From NCBI RefSeq assembly GCF_964204645.1, contig NC_134036.1, positions 5,610,600 through 5,674,599 on the forward strand: a stretch of 64,000 nucleotides of DNA. The letters are read 5' to 3'. The DNA comes from Tubulanus polymorphus. Its lineage: Eukaryota; Animalia; Nemertea. The notes beneath the pieces were generated by a model that was given only the letters and a program-made list of their open reading frames with translations, searched no databases and was not told the origin of the DNA. The position numbers and the translations under genes were made by a program. This document shows positions 36,701-49,570 of the stretch, in pieces (within the stretch, counting starts at the first letter, position 1; every line of letters begins with the position of its first letter).

Positions 36701-39663
36701 TGAAAATGCAACAGTTGAAACGTTAAATTTGACAAAAAATCAAGACAATATATTTAATGACTCGAGCTGCACGATTGGTTGGGTAAGCATAGATATAAAA
36801 TGTTATCAAATACTGACAGACTGGGACAAACATCGAGGTTTAGATATTAAAACTGCGACAGAGAGGTGTCATAACATCCGTGGTAAAATAGCAATAATCA
36901 ATTATACAACAAATCAAATAATGGACCTAATAAATAGATTTCACTATCAACATCAATATAGTTCTATACTGACGTTGACGTCCGATGACAGACTGCATGT
37001 TATAAACCCAATAATCACTAGAGATGAAATTACTTTTATTCAATCAGTTAAATGGATGATGAAGCAGTTTGATAACGCGACAGATACAGCGCATTCTGTT
37101 CTGTGTTCATATAATGTAACTGGTGAAGAGTTAACTTCTATAAGCGGTTGTAAATCGTGGCAGTTTAAATGTAACGACGGAAGATGCATCAGCGACCATC
37201 GCGTATGTGATACCAGACACGACTGTCAACACGGTGAAGATGAACTCAGTTGTATAGATTTATATTCACACAGTCAGTTTCAATGCAATGATGGTCATAT
37301 TATATCAGTAAGTGGTTTCTGTGACTTCATACGGGATTGTGTGGATGGTTCTGATGAGAACTCATGTTATCATCCCCTTTGTTTGTCTGAACAATTTCGC
37401 TGCCAAAGTGGTCAATGCGTCAGTAGGTCAAACAGATGTGACGGAGTTACTAATTGTAAAGACGGATCAGATGAAATGGGATGTACTGCTCGATTATGTC
37501 AGGGATTCCTGTGTAACAGTGGAGACTGTATTAGTTCTCATTTGTATCAGGATGGTGTCGTGGATTGTAGTGGAAGCCTTGAAGAAGATGAATTAGTTAC
37601 AAATACTAATGTTACATTGAATCCTATGGTTTTCTGCAATAATGAGCACCACTGTACGACTAACATCACAAATCTCTGTACGGAATCTGATGAACAAAGA
37701 TGTTCTTTCAATTCTCCTCATTGTTATTCAAGACGTCACAGATGTATTCTAGAAAGAATGACAAATGATTTCCCAGTTTGTAGAAATCTTGAGCACGTAT
37801 TGAGATGTGAAGAATTTGAATGTCCAGCTGGTACTGTAAAATGTCCAGCATCGTACTGTATACCGATCAGACAGGTGTGCGATGGTCAATCAGATTGTCC
37901 TAATTCGGATGATGAACAAAACTGTAAATCAGTTTCCTGTCCAGGAATGTTTAAATGTGGTCTTGAAAATCGATGTATTCCACAATCTGAAGTTTGCGAT
38001 GGCGTCGTAAATTGTAAACATACAAATGATGACGAGGCTTTCTGTAACGTCAAATGTTATAGAGGCTGTAAGTGTCAAGGTCATCTGGTGGATTGCGAAA
38101 ATACTGGCTTAGCAAATATCAGTGGTCTTTTCTCGGCATCAACTCGAGTTTTAGCTTTACCAAATAGCAAGATTCATTACATCAAATCGCCATTTTATTT
38201 ACTTTACTATCTCTACGTTCTCAACATCTCCTCCAATGAATTGACTTACATTTTCCAAAACTCGTTCTCAAACCTGCATAATCTACATACCTTAGACCTT
38301 ACGTACATCACTTAACTTAACATCATTATCCACAAATACATTCATCGGTTTGTACAGTTTGAAACAGTTATTGATAACTGAAAATCCAATAAGTCATTTA
38401 GAGGTTAATACATTCCAAGATTTGAAGTCACTAAAAGTTCTCGATCTTCATGGACTTTTCTTATTGGAGCTTGGCAAAAATGGATTTCAGGGTTTATCTA
38501 AATTACAGCTACTGAACGTCAGCAGTAACAGAATTCATCGTATTTCCAGAAATGCCTTTTCAGGATTGAATGAGCTTAGAATTCTCGATATAACCAACAA
38601 CTCTAAATTTATTTCCACAGCAAGAGGTGTCTTCGACAATCTGACGTTTTTAGCCTCCTTAACGTCTAATGAATACAAATTTTGCTGTATGGCTCCGAAT
38701 GTTGAACAGTGCCTGCCTGAAGCTGATCAATTTTCCTCCTGTTCTGATCTGATGGGTAACACAGTTCTCAAGGCTATCATTTGGGTCATCGCTGCGTTGA
38801 GTTTCTTTCTAAACAGTGGTGTCATTTTAATTCGTATTCGTTCCATTCGACTTTCATCCTCCGAAAATCGAAACACATCCTCTGACATTCTCATTGTCAA
38901 TATAGCAGCTTGTGATTTTCTGATGTCAAATTATTTGTTTTTGATTGCAGGAGCGGATTTCGTTTACAAAGATGTTTATTTCCTAAATTCTGAAACTTGG
39001 ACCAGCAGTTCATTGTGTAGTTTTGCCGGGGTTATGGTGACTATTTCTTGTGAAGGCTCATTGACGTTTCTGTTCATTCTAACACGCCATAGATTTTCAA
39101 ATATTGTGGATCCATTTTCTGGAAGCCCGATTACAACTCCAAAATATGTGTCCATCATTTGTTGTATTTGTTGGTTATCAATAGGTACGATTTCTATCAT
39201 ACCACTTTCAAAATCATCTTATTTTGGGACCAAATTCTACGGTACTACTGGAGTTTGTTTACCAATAAATTTCATTTCAATCGATGTCAACGCCTGGCAA
39301 TATTCATTCGCTATTTTTGCTGTGTTAAACTCTGGCATACTGACAACCATAATGGTGACTTATGTGCAAATGTACCGACTCGTATCTGGAAGCAGGTCTG
39401 GTTCGGGTAGAATTGACCCTACAGAACTAGTTTTAGCGCGCAGGAGTTTGGTGATAAATCTCTGTAATTTATTTTGCTGGCTGCCGTTAATTATCGTTCA
39501 GTTTTGCGCGGCATTACGGGTAGAAATACCGAATCAGGTGGCGGCTTGGCTGGCGGTTCTTTTCTTACCGATCAACTCGTCCCTCAATCCCCTTCTTTAT
39601 ACAATACTGACTATCGATATGAAATCTGTACGAGCAAAAACTAAACGCGGACACAAGAAATAG
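33749..39663 (+). pseudogene. GRL101-like CUB/CTL/LDLa/LRR GPCR copy A (exons 33749-34969, 35053-36356, 36417-39663), two frameshifts
   Basis: Same architecture as copy B; frame breaks at ~35530-35570 and ~38300-38320. Confidence 0.8.
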
Positions 39664-39699
39664 AATACTTACATAAACAACTATCTGCGCTTCATTTTG

Positions 39700-40301
39700 T
39701 TATTCAAATGACAATGAAGGTGTATTAAACTGAATCACATTGAATGATTTCCTCCGCCTCCAGTGTAGAATTGTTTAAAGATACTATTCGACTGTTCTGG
39801 ATGCGAGTTTTTTTCCACTCAGCCCTTGAGTTTGCCTTTGCAGAGTTTCTAGCAAAGGACTTGTCCATGCATTGCCAATGCGCGTCGAATATTATTTCGA
39901 AAATTGTCTGACGTGATTGAATTGACATGGAGATAACAAGAAAATTAATTTTTAATAAATTTTTTAACGCCTGCGAAAAATATGTAGAATTTTTGGGATA
40001 GGCTAACGTGGGATTGCAAATTTGAAATCGAAGTTCTAAGACATTTGGGGAATGACGAGATTTGGCGGCAGGGAAGCAGGTCGATCGGGCTAAATCCCGG
40101 GGCTGCCACTAGATCCTCTTGAGTTAGGGTTGAAGTACACATTGTCATTTGAAATAGTAAGGGCTTGTTTATGTTATGCAGTATGAATTACGCATATGTC
40201 TAGTATGTTGTGTTTCCTTATTTCAATTGTAACTTTATTGAATTTGGGAATCTTATATGTAATGTTCAACATAAGGATCAATAAAGAATTGAATTGAATT
40301 G
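39700..40301 (+). repeat. Possible retroelement 3' end downstream of each receptor copy (AATAAA + (GAATT)n tail)
   Basis: Tail at ~40280-40301, repeated at ~50170 and ~59010. Short MISSASSVELFKDTI stretch is reminiscent of LINE ORF2 termini. Confidence 0.35.
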
Positions 40302-42059
40302 TCACCTGAAACACATGCCATCGGAGGACGCGGAGCCGTAGGCGTAAGGCGTCAAAAAGTGACTCTTAAAGGACATAACGTTCAGCTTTTTGCAAACACT
40401 TGTCTTTACGTACTCTACTTTATTCGACAAAGCCTTAGTACTAATACGAAACGCAATTCGGATGATACAGTGATTAACAAGAAATACATTATATGCGAAG
40501 TAGTACAGTTCATACCACTCCAAGGGGTATTATATCTGTTTCAGTAGATATTGCTTTGATGTTTGAATATCGTAGTTAGTTTTTTTGCCAGGTCATTTGC
40601 AGTTAAGGAAACGCGTAAGTGTAGACTTTTCCTCATACGAAACAAATGGAACTAGACATTTTTACCAGTCATCGTCTCTTTAAAGCGAATAAATCTTCGC
40701 AGGTTTTGTATATTTCATGTATCTCCGATGCCCAACACACTGAATGTTTTTTTTTTTTGTTGAAAATTCCGAGATCTAATGGCTAGATAAATATTTAGCA
40801 ACTCCCCTAACGTTGTAAGTAGTTTGTACGGAAACGTCCTGGGGACATATCTATTTGATTAATTTTTCGAGGTACATTCCGAGTGTTGTAACTCGGAATT
40901 AACTGGTTTTCTTAGTTCAAAGCGATTTTTTGAGGTTAATTCCGAGCTACAAACTCGAAATAAACTAGTTTTCGAAAAAATCTTGAAAAATCACCATTAA
41001 CTGAGAAATTAGTTTATTCCGGGTTACAAACTAGGAATAAACCTCCAAAAGTCCGGCCCGGCGTTTTGAAATTCCCTCCGTGGTCAAACTCGAAGATGGC
41101 CAAATCCGATTAGATATTTGAAGAGAAAACGTCCCGGATGCGAGTTCTATCGTGAATCAAGACGAGGTAAAACTTCGCTACGCGTCGCACCAGAAGAGTA
41201 AACATGTAAATCCCGCATTAAAAGAGCCGAAAAGCACAAAATATCGCCAGGTTGAGATCTATCAAAAATCCGAATCAATCATTGCTGACGATGGATTTTA
41301 GCGGAACCGAAAATGCGGATATTCAATAGATTTTAACTTCACGATATCAAAAAGCTTTTAGGCTTTGTGATCGTGTGATCCCCATTTTAATTATGAATCA
41401 TGATCCGCTTCGTCGTACTTTATTAACGATAATATATCGAAAAATTAAATGGAATAATTTCAAGTCTAAGACTCACGCGATGAAAGGGAATGTACTTCTT
41501 CGGCCAGTTTTTTTTATCGGCATCACATTTGACCCAGGGGGTAATTCACCTAATTGATGTATAGTTAAGTGAACCGTATTCACCCCGGAATAATTCCAAT
41601 TCAAGCCAACGACAACTTAGATTTATAAATTTCAGAAAAGCATTGTTAAGGGTGTATGCGACGAATAAGGAAAATACAGTTAATTTCCCTGTTTTCGGCT
41701 TAAATTTGAAGTAGACGAAAACCTGTTTTCTTTGAATTGAAGCCACGGGAATCACTTTACCTCATTTTCAAGCCGGTTTAGAATTTGTGTATCAATCTAC
41801 TTTGGAACTTTTCCTTTAATCCACATTTGCAGGCATTATGAACGAACTACTTACTGCTGGTGCGTTACTAGTCAGAATTTAGTGCGAGGATTTTACGATA
41901 TCTCGCGTAAGAATGATATCCAGAAAAGCCTGAACATATAAGAAATTAATTCTAGCCTGTTTGAAATATAATTGCCATAGATATTACCAACCCGCGGACA
42001 AATTTTAACGAACAATTTTGTTTTTTGCTCGGAGATTGTAATTACTGGAATATTTATCG

Positions 42060-42720
42060 TTTTTGAGTCAGAATGAACACTAACGACACAACGGAGAAAA
42101 ATATCTATTTCACTATCGGAACAACGAGATGCTCTGATATTCAAATTCGAACACAATCTGATGAAAATAACTGCCTTTACCTTTTGGTTCATCGTCCATT
42201 TTTGTCGATGTGAGTAGCCGTTGTCCCTGTCGAGAGAGCCCGATTACTGTACTACGTATTGCGACGGCATTGCTTCACTTTTCTTCTTTTTCGGTCGGTA
42301 CCTGGATAGTAATAGCAAAAATACGATCTTAGACATTTATGTGTGCTATTTGTTACGGGGAACGTGCCAAAGCCGTAGCTTACTAAAGCAAAGTTAAATT
42401 CTACTCTATAAAGTTGAATCATTAAACTGACTTTTTTGGGATATGGGTCAAACAGCCAGAGTTCAGCAGTTTTGAGAAAAAAGAGTCACACGGCGGAGTC
42501 TAATCATTGTAAATCGACCGTTTTTTTTTTACTGCGACACATTTCTATCGTCAGTAGAGCTGGGTTCCAAAGCGATTTAACGTACTCAACTGAATGGTTA
42601 AAGAAATTCAATCCATTTCCAACCTATTTTTGTGAAACCGGGCCCAGGGTTTTAAAGGTTATCGCAGTTTACAAAACTTGATCCGAAATTAATAAGGTCA
42701 ATTCTGAATATTAGATATTT
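42060..42720. repeat. Dispersed repeat shared by both clusters
   Basis: Similar segments at 11990-12160 + 18554-18950, 1-120, 32400-32760, 50890-51540 and 59730-60400. Confidence 0.6.
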
Positions 42721-43561
42721 AAAAACTTCATATCTATATGTCTCGAGGGGTGGGGGTTAGTAAAGTATTAGGTGGAGTTAGTTTCTCAAGACGTTTAAAA
42801 AAAACGATTAAAAATAAAAATAACCGGATGCGCTCTGCTTCATTGATTGGAGGTTTGAGATTTCGTTGCTTTTGTCGAAAGTATTGGAAATAAAATGTAA
42901 CAAAATAAGCTCAATTCTAGGGTCAGACTTGGATGGAATCTGATTCTTCGGGTCGGTTTTGTGGATCGGTGTGAAATTTAGCCGGGGGGGGGGGGGGTTA
43001 ATTCAAGCGGTGTATAGTTGAGTGAAGCCTGACAACTCAGGCTTTTACCACATTCAGATCATTCCCTAGTTGAACATTTCTAGACACATTAGCTAACGTG
43101 TAAGAACTTCTCAATCATTCGTGGACATTATGACCTAGCTATTGCCAGTGCGTTACTAGTCGAGATGATGTGTTCTATACACACACGCAGTACATCGGCA
43201 AGCATATTAATATATCACACGAAGAGCTAATGTTAAAAAAACAGCTTAACGTAAAGAAAATGATTGGAACATTTTAAAAATATAATTGGACATGGATATT
43301 AACGACGCGTGGTGAAATTAAACGGGCAATTCTCGCTCGGCGATGGTAATTACTGGGATTTAAACGATTATATGTCAGAGCGAAAACTACTGGAAAAGCG
43401 GATGAAAATCCATTTGAAAAAAGTGGATTTCAAATGTTGCTGAGCGAAGCAAATAATTCATTTCGTGTAAGAAATCTAAAATTCTGCAACATTTATGAAT
43501 AGATTTTGAAGGCGTGTGGACAACAGAGCAGAATTTAGGTAGCGTTCATTCTATCGCAGGG

Positions 43562-46500
43562 ATGTTGTTCGGTATGGAGCAGCGACTGAGAGCGCTGTTT
43601 ATAGCGTCGCTGATCGTCTGTCAAGTTCGCATCGCGCGCGCTCATCGCGCAGACTCTATCGAGGAATCGTCTGTGACGGTAAGTTCGTCTTGTAACAACA
43701 CGTGGTACCCGCTAGATTCTACGTCCGGTTACATCGTTTCACCGAATTACCCGTCGTTTACGCGCGGTGTTGAATGTCGTTGGTTCGTCAACGGCTCTTT
43801 GCCGGGAACTTTTCACATCCAAGTTTACCACGAGATCGAGCTGTCAATATTCTGTGGTGATAACTACCTTCTCGTCCACGAGTCTGATATCAGATTGTGC
43901 GGTGATGGAAAACATGAATTTCGCCGTAACGATTCGATCCCGTTGATGTTTAGAAGTAACGTCGACGGTGCGCGAGGTAGTCGGATTTATATCATATATC
44001 GTTATGAACGAAGTCAATGTCGAATCACTCACAACTGTAGATACAACCCCGATTTAAAAAGACTACACTCCTCAACTGGTTATAAATTTTACATGGCCAT
44101 TAATAATCGTTGCAAAGTGTTTGTGGAATGGATCGGAATATTACACGATTATGGGATGAATCTCACATTTAGTCAGATCATGTTCGAATACAATCGAAGA
44201 CCTCAATCAGCGACCATTGAAATCCTCGACAGATGGAGCAACAGCAGTAAGCCTATAGCTCTTATACGAGAACAAGCGGGTCATCCGCCTTCATCGTTTT
44301 ATACTAAAACAAATAATGCAATCATCTTTCCGACACTAAAATACATTCCACTTAAATGTAAGCTTTTAGTACAGTTGTACAAAATATCAGATTGGAATGT
44401 CTCTAATCCGTTGATTCAGATCTCTAATAACGAGTCGGGAGTGCTCATTCCCGATGATAACAGTTTACACGTAATAACTCGATCGAAACACTTACACTGC
44501 TGGTCTATCACAGTGCAGGTGTTACAGTACGTCGTCTTCAACTGGACACGTGACCTCGTCACATCCGGAGACGTCATCGGAGTATATAAACAAGAAGGCT
44601 TACGCGTTGTGGGAACTGATATTTTACGCGGTTACAACTACCTGGAATCACTGAGTGTTAAATCTGACGGCTTTCTCGTCATTCTGTGCGTGTTGGTGAA
44701 CAGAGAACTTACGAGGTCACGAATAGAAATGAACTTTAAAGTGGGATCACTATCGATAAAAAATGTACACGTCACTTATCATTGGAAATCGGTGAGTATA
44801 AATTCAAATGGTCGTTTGTTGGAATGAATGTTACTTGTAAATTCTAAATCTAAATATCAACTGACATCATAGATTTTATATTTACAGATTCCAAATTTAA
44901 AATCCCGCGAGATCTTCCCGTCATCGAAGAAAACGATACCAACGTATCGCATAAATACAATAGTATCTAAAAGGAAAGTTGATATTTCTGAAGAAAATAT
45001 GGAACTAACAGTTTTATCAGAGAACTGCGAGCGAGCTGGATTTTATATATTTGATGGTGGTAATTTCAAAGCTAGACGATACGGTCCGTACTGTCCTCGT
45101 TTGAAGACATACGACCGTAACGTCGTCAGTCTGATTACATCAGGTGGATCGGTTACTGTAGTAGGATACGCTTATAACTGGGACGGTCAGTTAACAGTCG
45201 ATAAGAAATCATATCTCAGATTTCGTCCTACCGACTGTGACGGGTATGTTTTAAAGGAAGGAGAACGTCGGATCCATAAGAGGTCACGCTGTCTCGTGAT
45301 TACACCCGAAAACCGACGCCTTCCTATAAGGAACATCAATATATTATCAGATCAAGAATATCGAATTGATCGATGCTATCCTGGTCGGTTGCGATCGTGT
45401 CCGTGGAAATTAAGACTCATTAGTAAATCACTCACTGAAAACATCGTGTTAACCACGGTGATCATGGGATTCAGTAGTTTCAGAGTTGTCCCACTTATCA
45501 TAAAACTACGTCATAAATGTTTTGGATTGAACAACCCTGTTGACAAATTTTTGTATTCTGAATTCAGCAAAAATAATGTAAATTCATTTGATGATACATG
45601 CGGACTGATTGAGTCACCTAACTTTCCAGCAAGGGCAGGATACTCATCGGTGTCTTTATACTATAATTTTAATAACATAATTAAACGGGTACAAAAATTT
45701 CAATATTATAGATTTATCATCAAATCTGTAGAATCGATCAGTTGCACCGCAGATGACAAAACGGAAAAAAGCCCGATACTTTTCATTCAAGAGATATTTC
45801 TGCAAAAAATTGGAACGTCCAGTCATCGTCTGAAAATTTGTGGAAATATGGCAACGAAAGGACTCGCATTTCATAGTTTAACGCATAATCATATATATTT
45901 TGAAATAAGTAATAAAATTGCTAGATTTCAAATACAATACATTTTACGCCAGACGTTAGCGATCGAATATTCCAATGGTGATCGCTGTCAACGAGGATTT
46001 TTTGATTCGGGAATTTCGTGCGTGAAATACATCAAAGATGAACGTCTGAATTGGGAGAATGCTGAATTGTATTGTAGACAGAAGTACGCGGGACATCTAC
46101 TCAGTATCAACTCCGAACAGGAAATGATTTCTATTAAAACATTATTCGCTACAGAACTTCTGCGACAGGCATATTCAAAGCAATTACTCATAATGATGAT
46201 TGGATTAAAACAGCAGGCAAGTTTATGACTGTTTCTGTTCAAATCTACCTGATTTGTTCTACAAATATGTGCTTCTTTTTATGATTTCCAGCCTACAAAA
46301 GATGATTATTCATGGACTGATGGGAAACCATTGAGCTACACAGAGTGGTATAAACCTACAAATAACGACACGATACCAGAAGTTATTCGAGGATTGATAT
46401 CTCCTCTCAGAAAACAACCGATTAATGACGTCAATATGCCGTGTACAGCGCTGATACTGAATAATCCACGAGGATCAGCGAACTGGGTTCGATTCCCCTG

Positions 46501-49500
46501 CGAAATCGAACACGTTCACACGAGCTTCATTTGTGAACTACCAATAATCGGTATCAATGATGTGAATCATGTAGAAAATACAACAGTTGAAACATCGTAT
46601 CCAACAATTAATGCCACAATTACTATACGAAGAAATATGTTTCATGACGCACATATCAATGATTCGAAATGCACGATTGGTTGGGTAAGCATAGATGAAC
46701 ACTGCTTTCAAATACTGACTGCCTGGAACAAACATCGAGGTTTAGACAGAATAACCGGCAAAGAGATGTGTCATAACATACATGGTGAAATAGGTAAAAT
46801 GAAAACCAGCCACAGAGGAAACGAAACAATGAACTTGATAAACACATTTCACTATCAGCATCAGTATAGTCCTATATTAGCAATGGATTCTTATGACAAC
46901 CCCCTATTAATAACCCCAATAATCACAAGAGATGAAATTACTTATATTCAATCAGTTAAATGGACGATGAAACAGTTTGATAATAATGCGACAGATACAG
47001 CGCGTTCTGTTTTGTGTTCATACAATGTTACTGATGAAGAGTTAGCTTCTATAAGCGGTTGTAAATCGTGGCAGTTTAAATGTAACGATCAAAGATGTAT
47101 CAGTGACCATCGCGTATGTGATACCAGACACGACTGTCAACACGGTGAAGATGAACTCAATTGTACGGATATCAATTTACACAGTCAGTTTCAATGCAAT
47201 GATGGTCAAATTATATCAATAAGTGGTTTCTGTGATTTCATACAGGATTGTGTGGATGGTTCTGATGAGAACTCATGTTTTCATCCTGCGTGTTTGTCCG
47301 ATAAATTTCGCTGCCGAAGTGGTCATTGTGTCGGTAGGTCTTACAGATGTGATGGAGTCACTAACTGTAAAGACGGTTCCGATGAAAAAGGATGCACTGC
47401 TAAATTGTGCCAGGGGTTCCTGTGTAACAGTGGCGACTGTATCAGTTCTCAGTTGTATCAGGATGGTGTCGTGGATTGTAGTGGAAGCCTGGAAGAAGAT
47501 GAATTAGTAACAACTACTAATGTTACAGTGAATCCTACTGTTTATTGCAACAATGAGATCCACTGTACGACTAACTTCACTAATTTCTGCATTGAATCTG
47601 ACGAACAAAGATGTTCTTTCAATTCTCCTCATTGTTATTCAAGACGTCACAGATGTATTCTAGAAAGAATGAAAAATGGATTCCCAGTTTGTAGAAATCT
47701 CGAGCACGTATTAAGATGTGAAAAATTTGAATGTCCAGCTGGTACTGTAAAATGTCCTGCATCGTACTGTATACCGATCAGACAAGTGTGCGACGGTCAA
47801 TCAGATTGTCCGAATTCAGAAGATGAACAAAACTGCGAGACATTTTCATGTCCAGGAATGTTTAAATGTGGTCAGGAAAATCGGTGTATTCCACAATCTG
47901 AAGTTTGTGATGGTTTCGTAAATTGCAAATATACAACTGATGACGAGGCTTTCTGTAACGTCACGTGTTCTAGAGGTTGTAAGTGTCAAGGCTTTTTGAT
48001 CGACTGTGGAAATACTGGTTTAACAAATATTAGTGGTCTGTTCTTGCCTTCAATTCGAGTTTTAACTCTACCAAATAACCAAATACATTTCAACAAATCG
48101 ACATTTTATTTACTTAACTATCTGTACGTTCTCAACATCTCCTTCAATGAATTGTCTCATATTTTCCCAAATTCGTTCTCAAACCTACATAATCTACACG
48201 CACTGGACCTGACACACAACAACATAACATCATTATCCACAAATACATTCACTGGTCTTTACAGTTTGAAAGAGTTATTGATAACTGAAAATCCAATACG
48301 TCATTTAGAGGACGATACATTCCAAGATTTGAAATCACTTAAAGTTCTTGATCTTCATGGACTTTTCTTACTTGGGCTTGGCAAAAATGGATTTCAGGGT
48401 TTATCTAAATTACGGCTACTGAACGTCAGCAGTAACAGAATTCATCATGTTTCCAGATATGCCTTTTCAGGATTGAATGAACTTAGAATTCTCGATATAA
48501 CCAATAACTCTGTATTCATTTCCACAGAGCGAGACGTTTTCAAAAATCTGACATCTTTAGTTTTCCTAGCGTCCGATGCTTACAAATTTTGCTGCATGGC
48601 TCCGAATGTTGACACGTGCCTTCCTGAAGCTGATCAATTTTCCTCCTGTGCTGATCTGATGGGTAACACAGTCCTCAGAGCTATCATCTGGGTAATCGCT
48701 GCGTTCAGTTTCTTTCTGAACAGTTGCGTCATTTTAATTCGTATTCGTTCTAATCGACTTTCATCCTCCGAAAATCGGAACACATCTTCTGACATCCTCA
48801 TTATCAATATCGCTGCTTGTGATTTTCTCATGTCGATATATTTGTTTTTGATCGCGGGAGCAGATTACTTTTTTAAAGGAGTTTATTTCCTGAATTCTGA
48901 AACTTGGTCGGACAGTTCATTATGTAGTTTCGCTGGGGTTATGGTGACTATTTCTTGTGAAGGCTCATTGACGTTTCTGTTCATTCTAACACGCCATAGA
49001 TTTTCAAATATTGTGGATCCATTTTCTGGAAGCCCGATTACATCTCCAAGATATGTGTCCATCATTTGTTGTATTTGTTGGTTATCAATAGGTACGATTT
49101 CTATCATACCACTTTCAAAATCATCTTATTTTGGGAACAAATTCTACGGTACTACTGGGGTTTGTTTACCAATAAATTTCATTTCAATCGATGTCAACGC
49201 CTGGCAATATTCATTCGCTATTTTTGCTGTGTTTAACTCTGGCATACTGACAACCATAATGGTGACTTATATGCAAATGTACAGAATCGTATCTGGAAGC
49301 AGATCTGGTTCGGGTAGAATCGATCCTACCGAACTGGTCTTAGCGCGCAGGAGTTTGGTGATAAATCTGTGTAATTTATTTTGCTGGCTGCCGTTAATTA
49401 TCGTTCAGTTTTGCGCGGCATTACGGGTAGAAATACCGAATCAGGTGGCGGCTTGGCTGGCGGTTCTTTTCTTACCGATCAACTCGTCCCTCAATCCCCT

Positions 49501-49570
49501 TCTTTACACAATACTGACTATCGATATGAAATCCGTACGAGCAAAAATTAAACGCGGACACAAGAAATAG
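43562..49570 (+). CDS. GRL101/RXFP-like leucine-rich-repeat GPCR with CUB, C-type lectin and ~7 LDLa modules, copy B, intact (exons 43562-44791, 44888-46216, 46292-49570; ~1945 aa)
   Basis: Signal peptide; CUB (SGYIVSPNYP...CRW); CTL (LNWENAELYC...HLLSINS...WTDGKPLSY); LDLa (CDGxxxCxDGSDE); LRRNT and LRRs; hinge YKFCC...DQFSSCADLM; 7TM ending INSSLNPLLY. Phase-0 introns, the second GC-AG. Confidence 0.88.

Noticed and set aside
38300-38350. Programmed frameshift or small intron rescuing receptor copy A
   Set aside because: No slippery site or suitable GT-AG pair seen; paralogs B and C are continuous here.
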